IMG/VR virus record: IMGVR_UViG_3300018954_000017
Location: 2,216 to 66,215 of that record
Direction: 5' to 3' (one strand)
DNA: 64,000 nt
Origin: a virus
Numbering within the stretch: position 1 is the first letter of the stretch; each line of letters starts with the position of its first letter. Shown piece by piece: positions 1 through 10,358 of this stretch. The notes beneath the pieces are model-generated. The model searched no databases and was not told where the DNA came from. It was given only the letters and a program-made list of their open reading frames with translations. The position numbers and the translations under genes were made by a program.

Positions 1-403
1 TAACCAAGGTACACTCCAGACCGGAGGCACACCTTCCGTATCTTGGACTCCTACTGCAAAAGGCGTGTATTCAATCACTGCAACAGCAACAGGATCTCAA
101 GGCGGGTCAACTACCAGTGCTGTTAAATCTATTCAAGCTTTTGATACAAAAGCTACTGGAGGTGGGGCTAGTGCTGCCGGAGCGTCTTTAGGGGCTGCAA
201 GTGCAGATTACATCTTGTATGACAACAATCAGTCTGCTGGGGGAAATGCTGCCACTATGAACTTGTTTGTGGGTGGGAGCCAAATAGGAGCATTCAACTT
301 CCCTGACGCGGCATATGTGGGCAAACCGTTTGCCTATTTCTATGCTGCAACTAATACGTTGTATACCAAAACGATAGCCGCAGGAACGGTCAATTTACCA
401 TAG
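1..403 (+). CDS. Virion/tail protein, 5' truncated by the window edge (Ig-like segment)
   Basis: Frame is open from base 2 through the tracked ORF 65..403; Thr/Gly/Ala-rich, GVYSITATATG is typical of Ig-like domains; first gene of the tail-fibre cluster. Confidence 0.55.
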   Translation, partial: NQGTLQTGGTPSVSWTPTAKGVYSITATATGSQGGSTTSAVKSIQAFDTKATGGGASAAGASLGAASADYILYDNNQSAGGNAATMNLFVGGSQIGAFNFPDAAYVGKPFAYFYAATNTLYTKTIAAGTVNLP

Positions 404-757
404 ATGGCAAACCTTACTAGTGGTATCCAAAGATACGGAACAAATTACACTCCTACCGTAGTGCCTTGTACAGGAAGCCCTTTTGATGTTGCTGGGACAA
501 CAATTTATATCTTGGATACTACAGGAGGATTAAAATCTTGGGCGTCAGGTAGAGCATCGTTTTTGAACAATTTAGGGGGTTCAAGTAAAGATGAGATCCC
601 TCCATACACCGCCTTTTTAGTTTTACCAGGAGGCACGATTGTGACAGATGATAGTAAGCTTTCGTTTGGCACACCGATAGTTGGTGCTACTGGTGGGATT
701 TTTATCGATGTACCAATAGAAGAAAATTTAAGAGCATTAGGAGTTTTTGAATCATGA
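404..757 (+). CDS. Hypothetical virion protein
   Basis: 117 aa, abuts upstream stop, ATGA overlap with the next gene. Confidence 0.6.
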   Translation: MANLTSGIQRYGTNYTPTVVPCTGSPFDVAGTTIYILDTTGGLKSWASGRASFLNNLGGSSKDEIPPYTAFLVLPGGTIVTDDSKLSFGTPIVGATGGIFIDVPIEENLRALGVFES

Positions 758-1194
758 GTATCTCAATTAACGGTCGCAAATATGCAGGATCTGGTGATGG
801 CACCACAACAGATTTGAAGCCTCGTCAGGATGTTGATCTTGTCTCATTCCCACCCACAAGTTTAGATGGCAACGGAAACCTTAAGGTGGCGACTGTTACT
901 CTTGCAACAATGGGAACATTTGCCGACAAAAGTGGCAGTACGAGCGCAACACCGAACACAGCCGCTCCTATTATGGCTGCAAATGCCAACCGGACGAGCT
1001 GGTATATTCAAAATATCAGTGATCAGCTCATAGTCTTGCTCTATGGTACTGTTGCCTTTAGGGTTTTGTATCCTGGACAGTCACATTATGTTGGTATTGC
1101 CGACATGAGAGATGTTGACAAGGGAATTATTAACTCGAAATGTGCAGTAGCTTCTGCATCCTTTTACGCGAACGATACTACGGCAGGAGCTTAA
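754..1194 (+). CDS. Hypothetical virion (tail-associated) protein
   Basis: 146 aa, beta-rich, translationally coupled within the cluster. Confidence 0.6.
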   Translation: MSISINGRKYAGSGDGTTTDLKPRQDVDLVSFPPTSLDGNGNLKVATVTLATMGTFADKSGSTSATPNTAAPIMAANANRTSWYIQNISDQLIVLLYGTVAFRVLYPGQSHYVGIADMRDVDKGIINSKCAVASASFYANDTTAGA

Positions 1195-1196
1195 TC

Positions 1197-4100
1197 ATGC
1201 CTTCAAATTTAACCGAAAGATCTCCTCTTGCTGTATCTTTTCAACAGTCTTTTCCTTATTTTTCTCAAAAGCATTTGGAGAAAGCTGTAACGGCAATTTC
1301 TTTAGCCTCTATTGATTTTCCTAGTTACAGTCCAATAGCAATTTTGCATCTTCTCAGACGGGGCAAGTTATGGGTTTCTTTACGAGAGTCTAAGGTTTAC
1401 AAAAGTAATGGGACTCCTGTTGTAGTAGATGGGATTTCTGATACCTCCTTCACACAAATACGTGACAGCATAAATAATACTTTGCTGACAGGTGTGGGCG
1501 GAGGTTGCAATATCTTTGACTATGCTTCAAAGATCAATGGCACGACATACAATGCTAATCTAAACTTTCTAGTAAATAGCACGTTTTCTTACATTTATGT
1601 TGGAGCTTCGTTTAGTGACTACGGCTATGAAACAACTAATCCTCTTCCTATTTATTTGCTGGGGGGATCTAGCACTACAGATTCGACTTACTTTAAGTTG
1701 GGTCTAACTGCCAAAAACGTTCTTGACGTAGGTATCTCAACTGCCGCTAAAGTAAGTGCGACTGTCACTATTGATACAAACGAACGCGACGAACCCTTCA
1801 TACTCAGTGGATCACTTTCAGACTCAAGTCTTAACATTTACAAAAACGAAACACTAGCTGGCTCTGTTGCTACAACAAGTAAAATAACAAGTTTTCCTGA
1901 TGCTCAGGTCTTTCCAAGGTGGTACGGATATTGCAACGATGTTTTTCTGGCGACTCCGGCTTACACGGATGCTGAATTACAAGTCGTACGAAGATTTTTC
2001 GCGTACTTCAACAGTTTTGAAAGATACAGACCCGATATTTACAAAACTTCTTCCTATCTAAAAGAAGCCAAGCAATACAATTTTCTGGGTGGCATAGGGA
2101 ATAATGCCAGTGATCTTCGCAAGTCTACACAATATAGCATCACCGGAATTAGTGCAGACAGTGATGGTAGTGGGAATTTGTATGGTACGGCTCCGTACAA
2201 TGAGCTTGGACGGGCTTTTATATTTAAAAATGGTGCAGTTGATAGATACTCGTATGGCAACTTCGGTGGCAGTGCAACTGCATCTGATGCTAATTATATT
2301 TATTATGCATACGGTAGTTTTGCTAACGGCACTATTACTTATGGAGTCATTAGAGTTTCTAAAACTACTAGATTGACTGTAGATTTTACCAGCGCTGGTA
2401 CAGTGATTCCTGTTTGTACTAAAACGGGAACAGGATTTGATTATCAGACCGCTATCACTGGTATGACAGTTAGCGGAACTGAACTTTTTGTAGTTGATCC
2501 TATCAATGCAAAGATTAAGGTATACGACACAACTACGGGGTCTTTCTTTAGGGACTGGACACCAGAAGCGGCACCTATACGAATTAGAAAGGATGCAACT
2601 GGTAATATTTGGTCTATACTCGCCAACGGTAAAGTTATAAGATACTCTCCTACTGGAGCAATTCAAAAAACTATTACAGGTTTATCTCAACCATCTGGGA
2701 TTGCAGTCAACGGAAACACCTTGTACGTTGCAACAAATGACCTGAAAACTATTAGGGTTTTTGATGTTTCGGTTGAACCATCTGTTCAAATCGGAACATT
2801 AGGAAAATCCCTATTTGACAGTTCTCGTTTGCCTGCTGATATTGGGCGATGTGCTCCCGGCTACTTTCGGTATATTACCGATATTGCTACAGACGGTACA
2901 AACCTCTACGTAGTTGACTGTAAGCCACTAGGAACAGATATCTTTATCGGCGTTCAAGTGACTTCATATTTACTTAGCAACTTTTCTATGAATTGGATGT
3001 GCTACGGTCACCTGTTCACGGAATCTGCGGGATTTGATGACGGAAACGTTCAAATAGTCTACGGTCGGACACACAAATATTCTATTAACCCTGGTGATAT
3101 CACCAGGAATGCAATAGTTGCTTGCACAATAAATTTGGACAAGTATCCAAATGACGAAAGAATTGAGGGATTTGGGAGTAATTCAGAAGTTGTAGCTTTA
3201 GCTGGCAGACGTTTTCTGATTACCAGAATTCAGCAAAAACTGTTAATGCATCGATTTAACCCAAGTACTGACGGTGAAGTCGCAATTCCTTGTGTAACTT
3301 TCGATTTCCAGAACAAAACATATTGGAAAGACTCTCAAGGGGATGGACTAAAAACTTTAGATGAAGTTTCTTCTATATCATTTCCAGTTGCAACAGACGC
3401 AACAGCAGAGTTTGCACTAGATGGCTATGGCAATATTATTGTCATTTACCCTTCTTCCGGGTGTTTACAACTAATTCGTCTCACTGGATTTGATTCTTTT
3501 GGTATTCCCGTTTATCGCATATCTCCTATAGACGTGATTCCGCTACCTGTAGGTGATTTTTCAGCAATTACACGAGTATTTCATCAACGAAATAAAAATT
3601 ATTTGTTTGTTGGTGGAAACAAAGTAGGTACTACCGGATCTGTTGATATCCGCTACATGGGAAACAAAGTTGTTAGGTATCTTTATGACGGGATAACCAT
3701 CAAAAAAGATACTGAGCTGGAACTGTACACAAACGCAAATTCACTAATATGTGACATTGCCGGATTTGACGATTATTTGTTTGTAGGTCATGTTCAAGAC
3801 TATTCATTCTTTTCGATAGAAGCGACCAGTCAATGGCGTCTTTATGATCTAAAACAGAAAAAATTACTAACAAAACTGAATGCAATCCCTACAAATTTAG
3901 ATCAGAGTTGGCTAGATATCAATCATCCATTTAATATATTACAAGCCACAAAAGACTCTTTTTACATTTTACAAGAGAGTGTAGCAGGGATATACAACAG
4001 TTTGTATTACCTTTCATATGCAGATGTGGTTTTTGATGCGGTTACTTTGGATTTTATTGCCCGAATAAAAACTCAAGGAACCGATGCTTCATTTGCTGCA

Positions 4101-4802
4101 TTATTTCCGACGATTGTTGCAATAGATCGATTTGTAAAAGGGTGCAAAGCAGACGGATTTTGGGACGCTTTTTTGCAAATTTATGTTGGAGTTGGAAGTA
4201 GTCTAAATGAGATTTTGGTTAGTCTCATTTATGACACTGTTCCAAGCAATATTGCTTTTAATTTTACTGCAAATGACTACTATCCCTTAAAGGGTTTACA
4301 GGGAGGTGCTTCTAAATATATCAATACAGGTTTGGCTATTAATAAATTAGCTGCAAATAATGGATTTATGAGCGCTTTTGTAAGTGCCAATACAAATCTA
4401 AACACTTATGGAATGATATTAGGACATAATGGGCTACCTAGATTGTATACTAGGTCAGACGGTGTTACTGGTTTTAGTTATAACAATATTCTGAATTTTG
4501 AAATAGCCACAGCCATCAACGGAGAACCAGGAGAAGGTTTGTATACGGCAAATGCTATTCCTGGTAGAAACACCTCCTGGAAAAACAAAAGATTGATTAG
4601 CAGTTTGACGGCAGTTCCAGACCCATTTACAATCACTCAGTCCTTATTCCTATATGCCCAAAATGGATTCGGAACTCCAAATGTTTATTTTGATGGTACT
4701 ATCTCATTTGCTGCTTTTGGAAAACGAGGACTTACTGATGCAGAAATGGCAAAGTATTATGATCGTGTCGTGGCTCTTCAAAAGGATTTAGGAAGAGCCT
4801 AA
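1197..4802 (+). CDS. Tail fibre / receptor-binding protein (LamG-like, NHL-type beta-propeller and C-terminal lectin-like regions)
   Basis: About 1200 aa; ATG 1197 with GGAG RBS preferred over the tracked 1140; propeller-like repeats (GIAVNGNTLYVA, DIATDGTNLYVVD). Confidence 0.65.
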   Translation: MPSNLTERSPLAVSFQQSFPYFSQKHLEKAVTAISLASIDFPSYSPIAILHLLRRGKLWVSLRESKVYKSNGTPVVVDGISDTSFTQIRDSINNTLLTGVGGGCNIFDYASKINGTTYNANLNFLVNSTFSYIYVGASFSDYGYETTNPLPIYLLGGSSTTDSTYFKLGLTAKNVLDVGISTAAKVSATVTIDTNERDEPFILSGSLSDSSLNIYKNETLAGSVATTSKITSFPDAQVFPRWYGYCNDVFLATPAYTDAELQVVRRFFAYFNSFERYRPDIYKTSSYLKEAKQYNFLGGIGNNASDLRKSTQYSITGISADSDGSGNLYGTAPYNELGRAFIFKNGAVDRYSYGNFGGSATASDANYIYYAYGSFANGTITYGVIRVSKTTRLTVDFTSAGTVIPVCTKTGTGFDYQTAITGMTVSGTELFVVDPINAKIKVYDTTTGSFFRDWTPEAAPIRIRKDATGNIWSILANGKVIRYSPTGAIQKTITGLSQPSGIAVNGNTLYVATNDLKTIRVFDVSVEPSVQIGTLGKSLFDSSRLPADIGRCAPGYFRYITDIATDGTNLYVVDCKPLGTDIFIGVQVTSYLLSNFSMNWMCYGHLFTESAGFDDGNVQIVYGRTHKYSINPGDITRNAIVACTINLDKYPNDERIEGFGSNSEVVALAGRRFLITRIQQKLLMHRFNPSTDGEVAIPCVTFDFQNKTYWKDSQGDGLKTLDEVSSISFPVATDATAEFALDGYGNIIVIYPSSGCLQLIRLTGFDSFGIPVYRISPIDVIPLPVGDFSAITRVFHQRNKNYLFVGGNKVGTTGSVDIRYMGNKVVRYLYDGITIKKDTELELYTNANSLICDIAGFDDYLFVGHVQDYSFFSIEATSQWRLYDLKQKKLLTKLNAIPTNLDQSWLDINHPFNILQATKDSFYILQESVAGIYNSLYYLSYADVVFDAVTLDFIARIKTQGTDASFAALFPTIVAIDRFVKGCKADGFWDAFLQIYVGVGSSLNEILVSLIYDTVPSNIAFNFTANDYYPLKGLQGGASKYINTGLAINKLAANNGFMSAFVSANTNLNTYGMILGHNGLPRLYTRSDGVTGFSYNNILNFEIATAINGEPGEGLYTANAIPGRNTSWKNKRLISSLTAVPDPFTITQSLFLYAQNGFGTPNVYFDGTISFAAFGKRGLTDAEMAKYYDRVVALQKDLGRA

Positions 4803-4805
4803 AAC

Positions 4806-4839
4806 TAACGGCTCTCAGTGATATATTTGGGAGCCGTTA
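4806..4839. terminator. Hairpin between convergent genes (likely bidirectional terminator)
   Basis: TAACGGCTC...GAGCCGTTA inverted repeat between the tail fibre and primase stops. Confidence 0.7.
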
Positions 4840-4841
4840 AA

Positions 4842-5684
4842 CTAAAAATTTAATTTTGTGTTTTTCATTTCATTTGCAACAGCCGACAAAAGCTCTACGT
4901 TAGCTTCATTTGCTTGCACCCAATCTGCTATGTCGAACCCTTCTTGAATATCACTCCAAATGCGCCGAGGATCGACTACAACTAGCTTAAACTTGTCTTT
5001 AGGTAACACTGGCAGGCTACAGACTTCCCAAAGTTTTTGCGCCTTCTTGAAACCTGGTATATCTAAGTCACTCCAGTAAACCATTCCGCGCACTCCTGCT
5101 GACTTTAGCTGCACAATAGTTGCCATAAGGTCTACCGGAGTCCACGAGGAACCTTGCCAAGTTATAGCAACAAGTCCAAGCAATCGCGCATACTCAACGC
5201 ACTTCTCTCCCTCAACACCAAGTATCCACTTCCCAGACGCTTGGTGTATTTCGTTAGCTCGATACGGTAGCCACAATTGCTTGCCTTTGCCACGAGTACC
5301 GTTGCAATAGGGTATTGTAAATTTGTTGTCACCTTCGTAGTAGCGGTGGACTCGACATGAGTTACTGTAGTCATACCAAGTCTCGTTAGCTAAGTCAGCT
5401 TGAACGGGTGACGAGAATGTTGCCAGATCAATTTCTTCGTCTATGAATGCAGGCTGAAACTTCTTGATTATTGTCGGTTTATATCGTCTGATTGCCGCCC
5501 CGGTGTCCCCCAGAGCCTCTCGAATATCAACACTAGGGCATTCAGTCGTCCAGCAACTATAGGCTCCTGTGGCTTTACTGATGGTCAATCGCTTGCCACT
5601 ACAGACGGGGCACTCGCAAGCGTATTCAGTTGGAAGGTCTGAAATAATTGTCAGTTGATCGAGATGATTGAGTATTGACCACAT
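4842..5684 (-). CDS. Primase-like protein (Zn finger + TOPRIM), no helicase domain
   Basis: CECPVC...CWTTEC zinc finger; VEGEKC, WSDLDIPG and GFDIADW TOPRIM motifs. Confidence 0.8.
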   Translation of the reverse strand: MWSILNHLDQLTIISDLPTEYACECPVCSGKRLTISKATGAYSCWTTECPSVDIREALGDTGAAIRRYKPTIIKKFQPAFIDEEIDLATFSSPVQADLANETWYDYSNSCRVHRYYEGDNKFTIPYCNGTRGKGKQLWLPYRANEIHQASGKWILGVEGEKCVEYARLLGLVAITWQGSSWTPVDLMATIVQLKSAGVRGMVYWSDLDIPGFKKAQKLWEVCSLPVLPKDKFKLVVVDPRRIWSDIQEGFDIADWVQANEANVELLSAVANEMKNTKLNF

Positions 5685-5872
5685 GAAGACTCCGGTGGCG
5701 ACGATAGGACAGCAGATGCACCTGAAGTCAGTCTAGCAGAGTTATCTTTTCCGGTCGATACGACGAGAAATTACACAGTATCCTTCATAAGTTCCACCTG
5801 ATTCCAGATGTTCACATAAAGCCTGTGATTGCACTCGACCATCATCTAAATTGAATTGTTGATCAGTAATCA

Positions 5873-6187
5873 TTACCAAGACTCCACCACTTTGTTGTTT
5901 CCATCAACCTTGCACCAATACGACCAGAGCGGATCTGTAAACGGTATTGATTGCATAAATGGCAAACTTTTGATATGACTCACCCAATCCAGTGGCACTC
6001 CCGGAAACACCAAGTCTGCCTCATCTCCCCAGACCTCTAAGTCGCCTTGTTCTAATGCTGCAATTTCCGCATCACTCAAGTCAAACTCTAGCCTGCCATA
6101 GCCACCACGAGTAACTACAGTAGCTTTGGAGCGATCTACATAGTAGCCACCAGATTGAGCCGGGATGAAAATAATCTTTGTTATCAC
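5873..6187 (-). CDS. Hypothetical protein
   Basis: 104 aa in co-oriented early gene run. Confidence 0.6.
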   Translation of the reverse strand: MITKIIFIPAQSGGYYVDRSKATVVTRGGYGRLEFDLSDAEIAALEQGDLEVWGDEADLVFPGVPLDWVSHIKSLPFMQSIPFTDPLWSYWCKVDGNNKVVESW

Positions 6188-6371
6188 ACTTCCTCCACTG
6201 TTCTTAGTATCCTTGCAATTGTCACTACAGCGTCAAATGTTTGCTTTAGCTCCCGCCAATTTTCATCTTCTCGATTGAATCGAGATTGAACTGTTCTCAT
6301 AGCTAAACTCTGGTTTGATTAACTTGAGTCTGACCATAGCAGCCAATGTATTCATGAGTTTCACGATAGTA

Positions 6372-6557
6372 CTACCGCCAATCGATAAACTCGTTAGCAA
6401 CATAGAGACTAACATGACCGTAACCAATGTCTATCAACTGTATGGCTTCAGTATCCTTCAATGATGCCCAAGGTATAACAGCGCCTAAAAGCTCAATTAC
6501 CTTGCCGCTCCAAACATTTGTGTAACCCCGCATCGCTACCTCCCTTTCAGTAGTCAT
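6372..6557 (-). CDS. Hypothetical protein
   Basis: 61 aa, co-oriented. Confidence 0.5.
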   Translation of the reverse strand: MTTEREVAMRGYTNVWSGKVIELLGAVIPWASLKDTEAIQLIDIGYGHVSLYVANEFIDWR

Positions 6558-6722
6558 AGCCCCAACACCTCAAACTCTGTATCTTCACCAACTTGCCCCT
6601 CAAATGTCAACAGGTACTGCTGCGGATACAACTCAATAAACATCGGTGTTACATCTGTTACCGTTAGTACCCCTTTGCCGCTAGCGTAAACTACGAGCAT
6701 TCCGGGTTTTAGGTCTTGCACT

Positions 6723-7064
6723 TTAACTTTCATGGTTTACTACTTCAAGTGATTTATAGTCGCTCCAAGTCATTCGCAGTTTGTATTCTGGCAGCTCTCT
6801 TGGATTTGAATAATTACGGAACTCTTTTCGTTTAAAACGAATCACAACACCTTTAGCCATTTGTGTATCTATGACACCGTATCCGGCAAGATAAAAATCG
6901 GCAAATGCAGGCAGTTGTGCTATAGCTTCAGCAGGAACTTGCACATGAGATCCGTCAAAATGTTCGTAACCTAAATTTTCAAAAACCTCAGAATCTATGA
7001 GGATTTCAACTTTTGCAGCTCGATCTAGGTTAAGCTGGTTAAAATTCAGTGGAGCTAAAATCAT
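6723..7064 (-). CDS. Hypothetical protein
   Basis: 113 aa, tightly packed, GAGGAG RBS. Confidence 0.6.
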   Translation of the reverse strand: MILAPLNFNQLNLDRAAKVEILIDSEVFENLGYEHFDGSHVQVPAEAIAQLPAFADFYLAGYGVIDTQMAKGVVIRFKRKEFRNYSNPRELPEYKLRMTWSDYKSLEVVNHES

Positions 7065-7067
7065 AAC

Positions 7068-7424
7068 TTACTCCTCGATAGTCCGCAATCTCAAAATATC
7101 TTGCGCTCCCCTCTTCCACAGACTCGCCCACCAATATTCCCAACTAGCCTCATTTTCGCAGACTTCGGGGCAACTTTCAATCCAATTGGTAATTTGAAAG
7201 CTCAACTGAATGAAATCATCAGTAGACCAAGTGCGACAAGTAGCTGACTCTAGCCACTTATGTTGAATGTCTTGGCAGATAGCTTGAACTTTTACCCCAG
7301 AGATCTTCGTCCGGACAGCGGGAAGTTCAATTTTAGTCAGACTAACATTGTAAACTTTGCCGTACATTGAGATGACGCTAATTGTTTGCAGCGCATCGTA
7401 CTGTCTTAGCATTTGAATTTTCAT
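7068..7424 (-). CDS. Hypothetical protein
   Basis: 118 aa, ATGA-coupled to upstream gene. Confidence 0.6.
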   Translation of the reverse strand: MKIQMLRQYDALQTISVISMYGKVYNVSLTKIELPAVRTKISGVKVQAICQDIQHKWLESATCRTWSTDDFIQLSFQITNWIESCPEVCENEASWEYWWASLWKRGAQDILRLRTIEE

Positions 7425-7618
7425 CGTAACTCCTTAGTATTCAAAAGCCGCCTATAGAAGCTGTGAGCATTGAGCAAGTCCCGCGTCGTCCCTGCAATGA
7501 TTCGTTGATCATGCAAAATTTCAATGGAACGCGACTGGACTTGGGCTATGAGCTTAAAATTATTGCTCACGGCTCCTAGCTGATAGCTCAGGGCTTGTAG
7601 GCGGCAGATTCTAGTCAA
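7421..7618 (-). CDS. Hypothetical protein
   Basis: 65 aa, co-oriented. Confidence 0.5.
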   Translation of the reverse strand: MTRICRLQALSYQLGAVSNNFKLIAQVQSRSIEILHDQRIIAGTTRDLLNAHSFYRRLLNTKELR

Positions 7619-7628
7619 TTACAGAGAG

Positions 7629-8069
7629 CTATTCAAAAGGGAAATCATCATCATCAATTTCACTTGCTTCAGTCTCCACCGTCTCTTGGCTGATGTTTGG
7701 GGTTTTTGTTGGGCTACCAAATGACTCAAGTCGGTTAATGGTGAATTCGGGCACGGTACGATTGCCTGCATCAGTAGCTACTTTATTCATTCGCAGACTA
7801 CCTTCCATGACGACCATAGCACCCTGTGGAATGCTATGGAGAGCATCAGCTACCTTTCCGAATGCAACGGCTTTGATGGTCGCGTTGGCGGCTTCCTTGG
7901 TGCGTTCCACGAATTGAACGTAAGTGGTGCAGATAGGTTTCTGATCTGATGAAGTGTAGCGAAGTTCAGGCTGCTGGATTAATGTTCCGTACAATGTGGC
8001 AGAGTTCATGACAATGTTTAGTAGGTAATGTTTACTATTGTGCGAGGTCAGGTTTAAGCTATTAGCCAT
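7629..8069 (-). CDS. ssb: Single-stranded DNA-binding protein, cyanobacterial second (Ycf41-like) type
   Basis: MNSATLYGTLIQQPELRYT...AFGKVA...VMEGSL OB-fold pattern, acidic DDDDFPF tail; real start may be ATG 8009. Confidence 0.8.
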   Translation of the reverse strand: MANSLNLTSHNSKHYLLNIVMNSATLYGTLIQQPELRYTSSDQKPICTTYVQFVERTKEAANATIKAVAFGKVADALHSIPQGAMVVMEGSLRMNKVATDAGNRTVPEFTINRLESFGSPTKTPNISQETVETEASEIDDDDFPFE

Positions 8070-8114
8070 GAGCCTTTAGAAGAATTAAAAGCTCATAGCC
8101 CACGGCTCACAGCT

Positions 8115-8456
8115 TTAATCTTCGTCGTCTGGAGCAGCATTTGTATCGCTACGGCTCCCCAACAGCTCAATCTCGTCAACATGAATGACTGCTCGTGACC
8201 GCTCTTGACCCGTTTGCTTGTCATTCCAACGGTCAAATTTAAGATGACCTTTGATAGCCACCTGTTTACCTTTGGTCACATAATTGGCGATCACTTCCGC
8301 TGTCTTCCCCCACGCTTCACAATTAAACCAATCGGGTGCATCATCTTTTTTGCGGCGATTGACAGCTAAAGTGAACTGGGACTTAACCGTGCCAGACTCA
8401 AAGTATTTGACATCTGGATCTCCACCGACGCGACCGACTAAAGTAACACTGTTCAT
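8115..8456 (-). CDS. ssb: Single-stranded DNA-binding protein
   Basis: MNSVTLVGRVGGDPDVKYFESG...DWFNCEAWGKTAEVIANYVTKGKQVAIKG is a canonical cyanobacterial-type SSB. Confidence 0.95.
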   Translation of the reverse strand: MNSVTLVGRVGGDPDVKYFESGTVKSQFTLAVNRRKKDDAPDWFNCEAWGKTAEVIANYVTKGKQVAIKGHLKFDRWNDKQTGQERSRAVIHVDEIELLGSRSDTNAAPDDED

Positions 8457-8815
8457 TTTTACATGCTCCTAAAGGTATTTCGGAATCTAACGCTGTTCCG
8501 AAGCAGCGCTTGTCTTCTATTGTAGGCTACTGAGGCATTGGCATTGATTCTTGGGCTGATTTTGCGGTTAGTTTATTCCCGTCTTACAAAGCATTTTTGA
8601 GTCTTGCAACTCACTCCTCAAGCTTAAATTTCCGTGTGCCCCACGGTATTTGTTACGAGTCTTTCCCAATGTGTGGAGTTGCTTCAAGCTCTGTCTCGCA
8701 CACAGATTTCAATTCTCTTACTTCGTTAAAGGGGAGTCAGACGAACTTGAACATCCTTTTAGGTGAAGTCTAACCCAATTACTCTTTTCATTCTAGTGTA
8801 CTGAGGCAGTAGGTG

Positions 8816-9118
8816 TCAAACTGAATAAAGTTTGTCGATTGTCTTACGCATTGCGAATGAAAATTTGAGTATTTCGCGAACTATCTTCTCTTCATCAAGA
8901 GTATCTCCCGCTTGGTCAATCTCGTCAAATGTTATTTCCAAGACGTAACGCAAGTTTAACAAGAGTGCTTCTACTACATCAGGTTTTGCCCAATTGTAGT
9001 CCATGTAGATTGTTGAACGGATGGCGCTGATTGATGCTTCTAAAACGTTTTCTGCTGTCGGCGGCAGATCACCCAATTCATCTTCCAACACTTTCAATGC
9101 TAATTCTTCTCGGTTCAT
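8816..9118 (-). CDS. Hypothetical protein
   Basis: 100 aa helical, ATGA-coupled. Confidence 0.6.
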   Translation of the reverse strand: MNREELALKVLEDELGDLPPTAENVLEASISAIRSTIYMDYNWAKPDVVEALLLNLRYVLEITFDEIDQAGDTLDEEKIVREILKFSFAMRKTIDKLYSV

Positions 9119-9447
9119 GAGTATTCTCCGTTAGATCTTAATGTTGTCGGTTCAACGAGTTTGAACAATGCGTCCTCCTCTAAATTTGTCACCGGATGCC
9201 GCCAGAACTGACCAGATCGCAAGTGAACGTCCATATCAATCCTCAATCCCTCAAACTGCCACAAAGTCTCAAACTTGAGAGGATTGTTAATCAACTCGGC
9301 TCGCAACAGTTGCCAAATTAACAAGTTGCAAGTTTCAACTACCGCATCATCCTCTGTCTCCAATGTCCGCATATGCCTTGCTACTGTCGCTTCTGCGTCA
9401 AAGTCGGACACAGGCGCGGCGTAACGGGTGAAGTTAATTGTTCGCAT
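9115..9447 (-). CDS. Hypothetical protein
   Basis: Tracked as 9115..9516; ATG 9447 preferred because it reduces the overlap with 9434..9724. Confidence 0.55.
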   Translation of the reverse strand: MRTINFTRYAAPVSDFDAEATVARHMRTLETEDDAVVETCNLLIWQLLRAELINNPLKFETLWQFEGLRIDMDVHLRSGQFWRHPVTNLEEDALFKLVEPTTLRSNGEYS

Positions 9448-9724
9448 CGGGTTTCTCAATCGGTTCAACTGACAAGACTGTGACATTATCATAGCCGCCT
9501 GGGTCATCTTCGGCAACTTCCGCCAACACTCGCTGCGTTGGTTTCTCTGGCTGAGTGTAGCAGTACAAGCTAAGTGTTTCCCAAACAGGATCTGTGTGGT
9601 AGTTGGTAATTTTCATTCCACATTTAGCTGTGATGCCAAGTTTTGGGCTAGGGATTAGGTAATAATAAACCCGAACGTAATCTTTGATTTCTTGCTGAAT
9701 CACCGCTTCGATCCTGGTTGTCAT
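9434..9724 (-). CDS. Hypothetical protein
   Basis: 96 aa, co-oriented. Confidence 0.6.
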   Translation of the reverse strand: MTTRIEAVIQQEIKDYVRVYYYLIPSPKLGITAKCGMKITNYHTDPVWETLSLYCYTQPEKPTQRVLAEVAEDDPGGYDNVTVLSVEPIEKPDANN

Positions 9725-9727
9725 TAG

Positions 9728-10207
9728 TCACTCCGGTGGGTTTTCAATTGTGAATCTTGCGATCGCTTCTGCAATAGCTTCGGCGCGTTTGAGCGAGTAG
9801 GATGTAGCAATGTCATTTGAATAATGCGGCACGTAAGCTAACGTCACTCCACGATAGTCACCAGGTTGAGGTTCAGAGAAGTTCTGAGAAATTACTGTGA
9901 TGCAGTTGGAATTTCTCTTAAACTCAATCCGCCCCGTATCCGTCACCTTATCCGTATTCTGCTCACGACGGTAGCTATTGATACGCATCAGTATCTCTAG
10001 CCCGTGTTCAGTTGTCAATAGCTCGTCAATGACCAGGCTGACCGCACCCTCGAATGTCTCACGGGCAATGAATTCGGTGTTTGGGTTGTTCGCTGATGCA
10101 GCGGTTAACGCACGGTATAATTGGTCTTCGCTATAGTCTTCAGCCGCATCGTACATATCAATGATTTCTTTACTCAGTTCATCGACTAACTTGAATCGCT
10201 CAACCAT
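9728..10207 (-). CDS. Hypothetical protein
   Basis: 159 aa acidic, GGAG-rich RBS. Confidence 0.65.
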   Translation of the reverse strand: MVERFKLVDELSKEIIDMYDAAEDYSEDQLYRALTAASANNPNTEFIARETFEGAVSLVIDELLTTEHGLEILMRINSYRREQNTDKVTDTGRIEFKRNSNCITVISQNFSEPQPGDYRGVTLAYVPHYSNDIATSYSLKRAEAIAEAIARFTIENPPE

Positions 10208-10299
10208 CGGCTCTCTCCCTTAACTCCCCTCAATCTAACTTACCCACCTTCCCTCGTCAATACCCACTAAGCAAGTGTTAGCGGTTGTGGACTTTGGCA

Positions 10300-10336
10300 A
10301 TCTACAGTAGATCAGGATTGCCAATTTACTGTAGAT
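10300..10336. promoter_or_regulatory. Pair of 13-bp palindromes (ATYTACWGTARAT), 24-bp spacing
   Basis: ATCTACAGTAGAT 10300-10312 and ATTTACTGTAGAT 10324-10336, just downstream of the initiator gene. Confidence 0.6.
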
Positions 10337-10358
10337 TGGGATTCTTGATTTGTACAAA

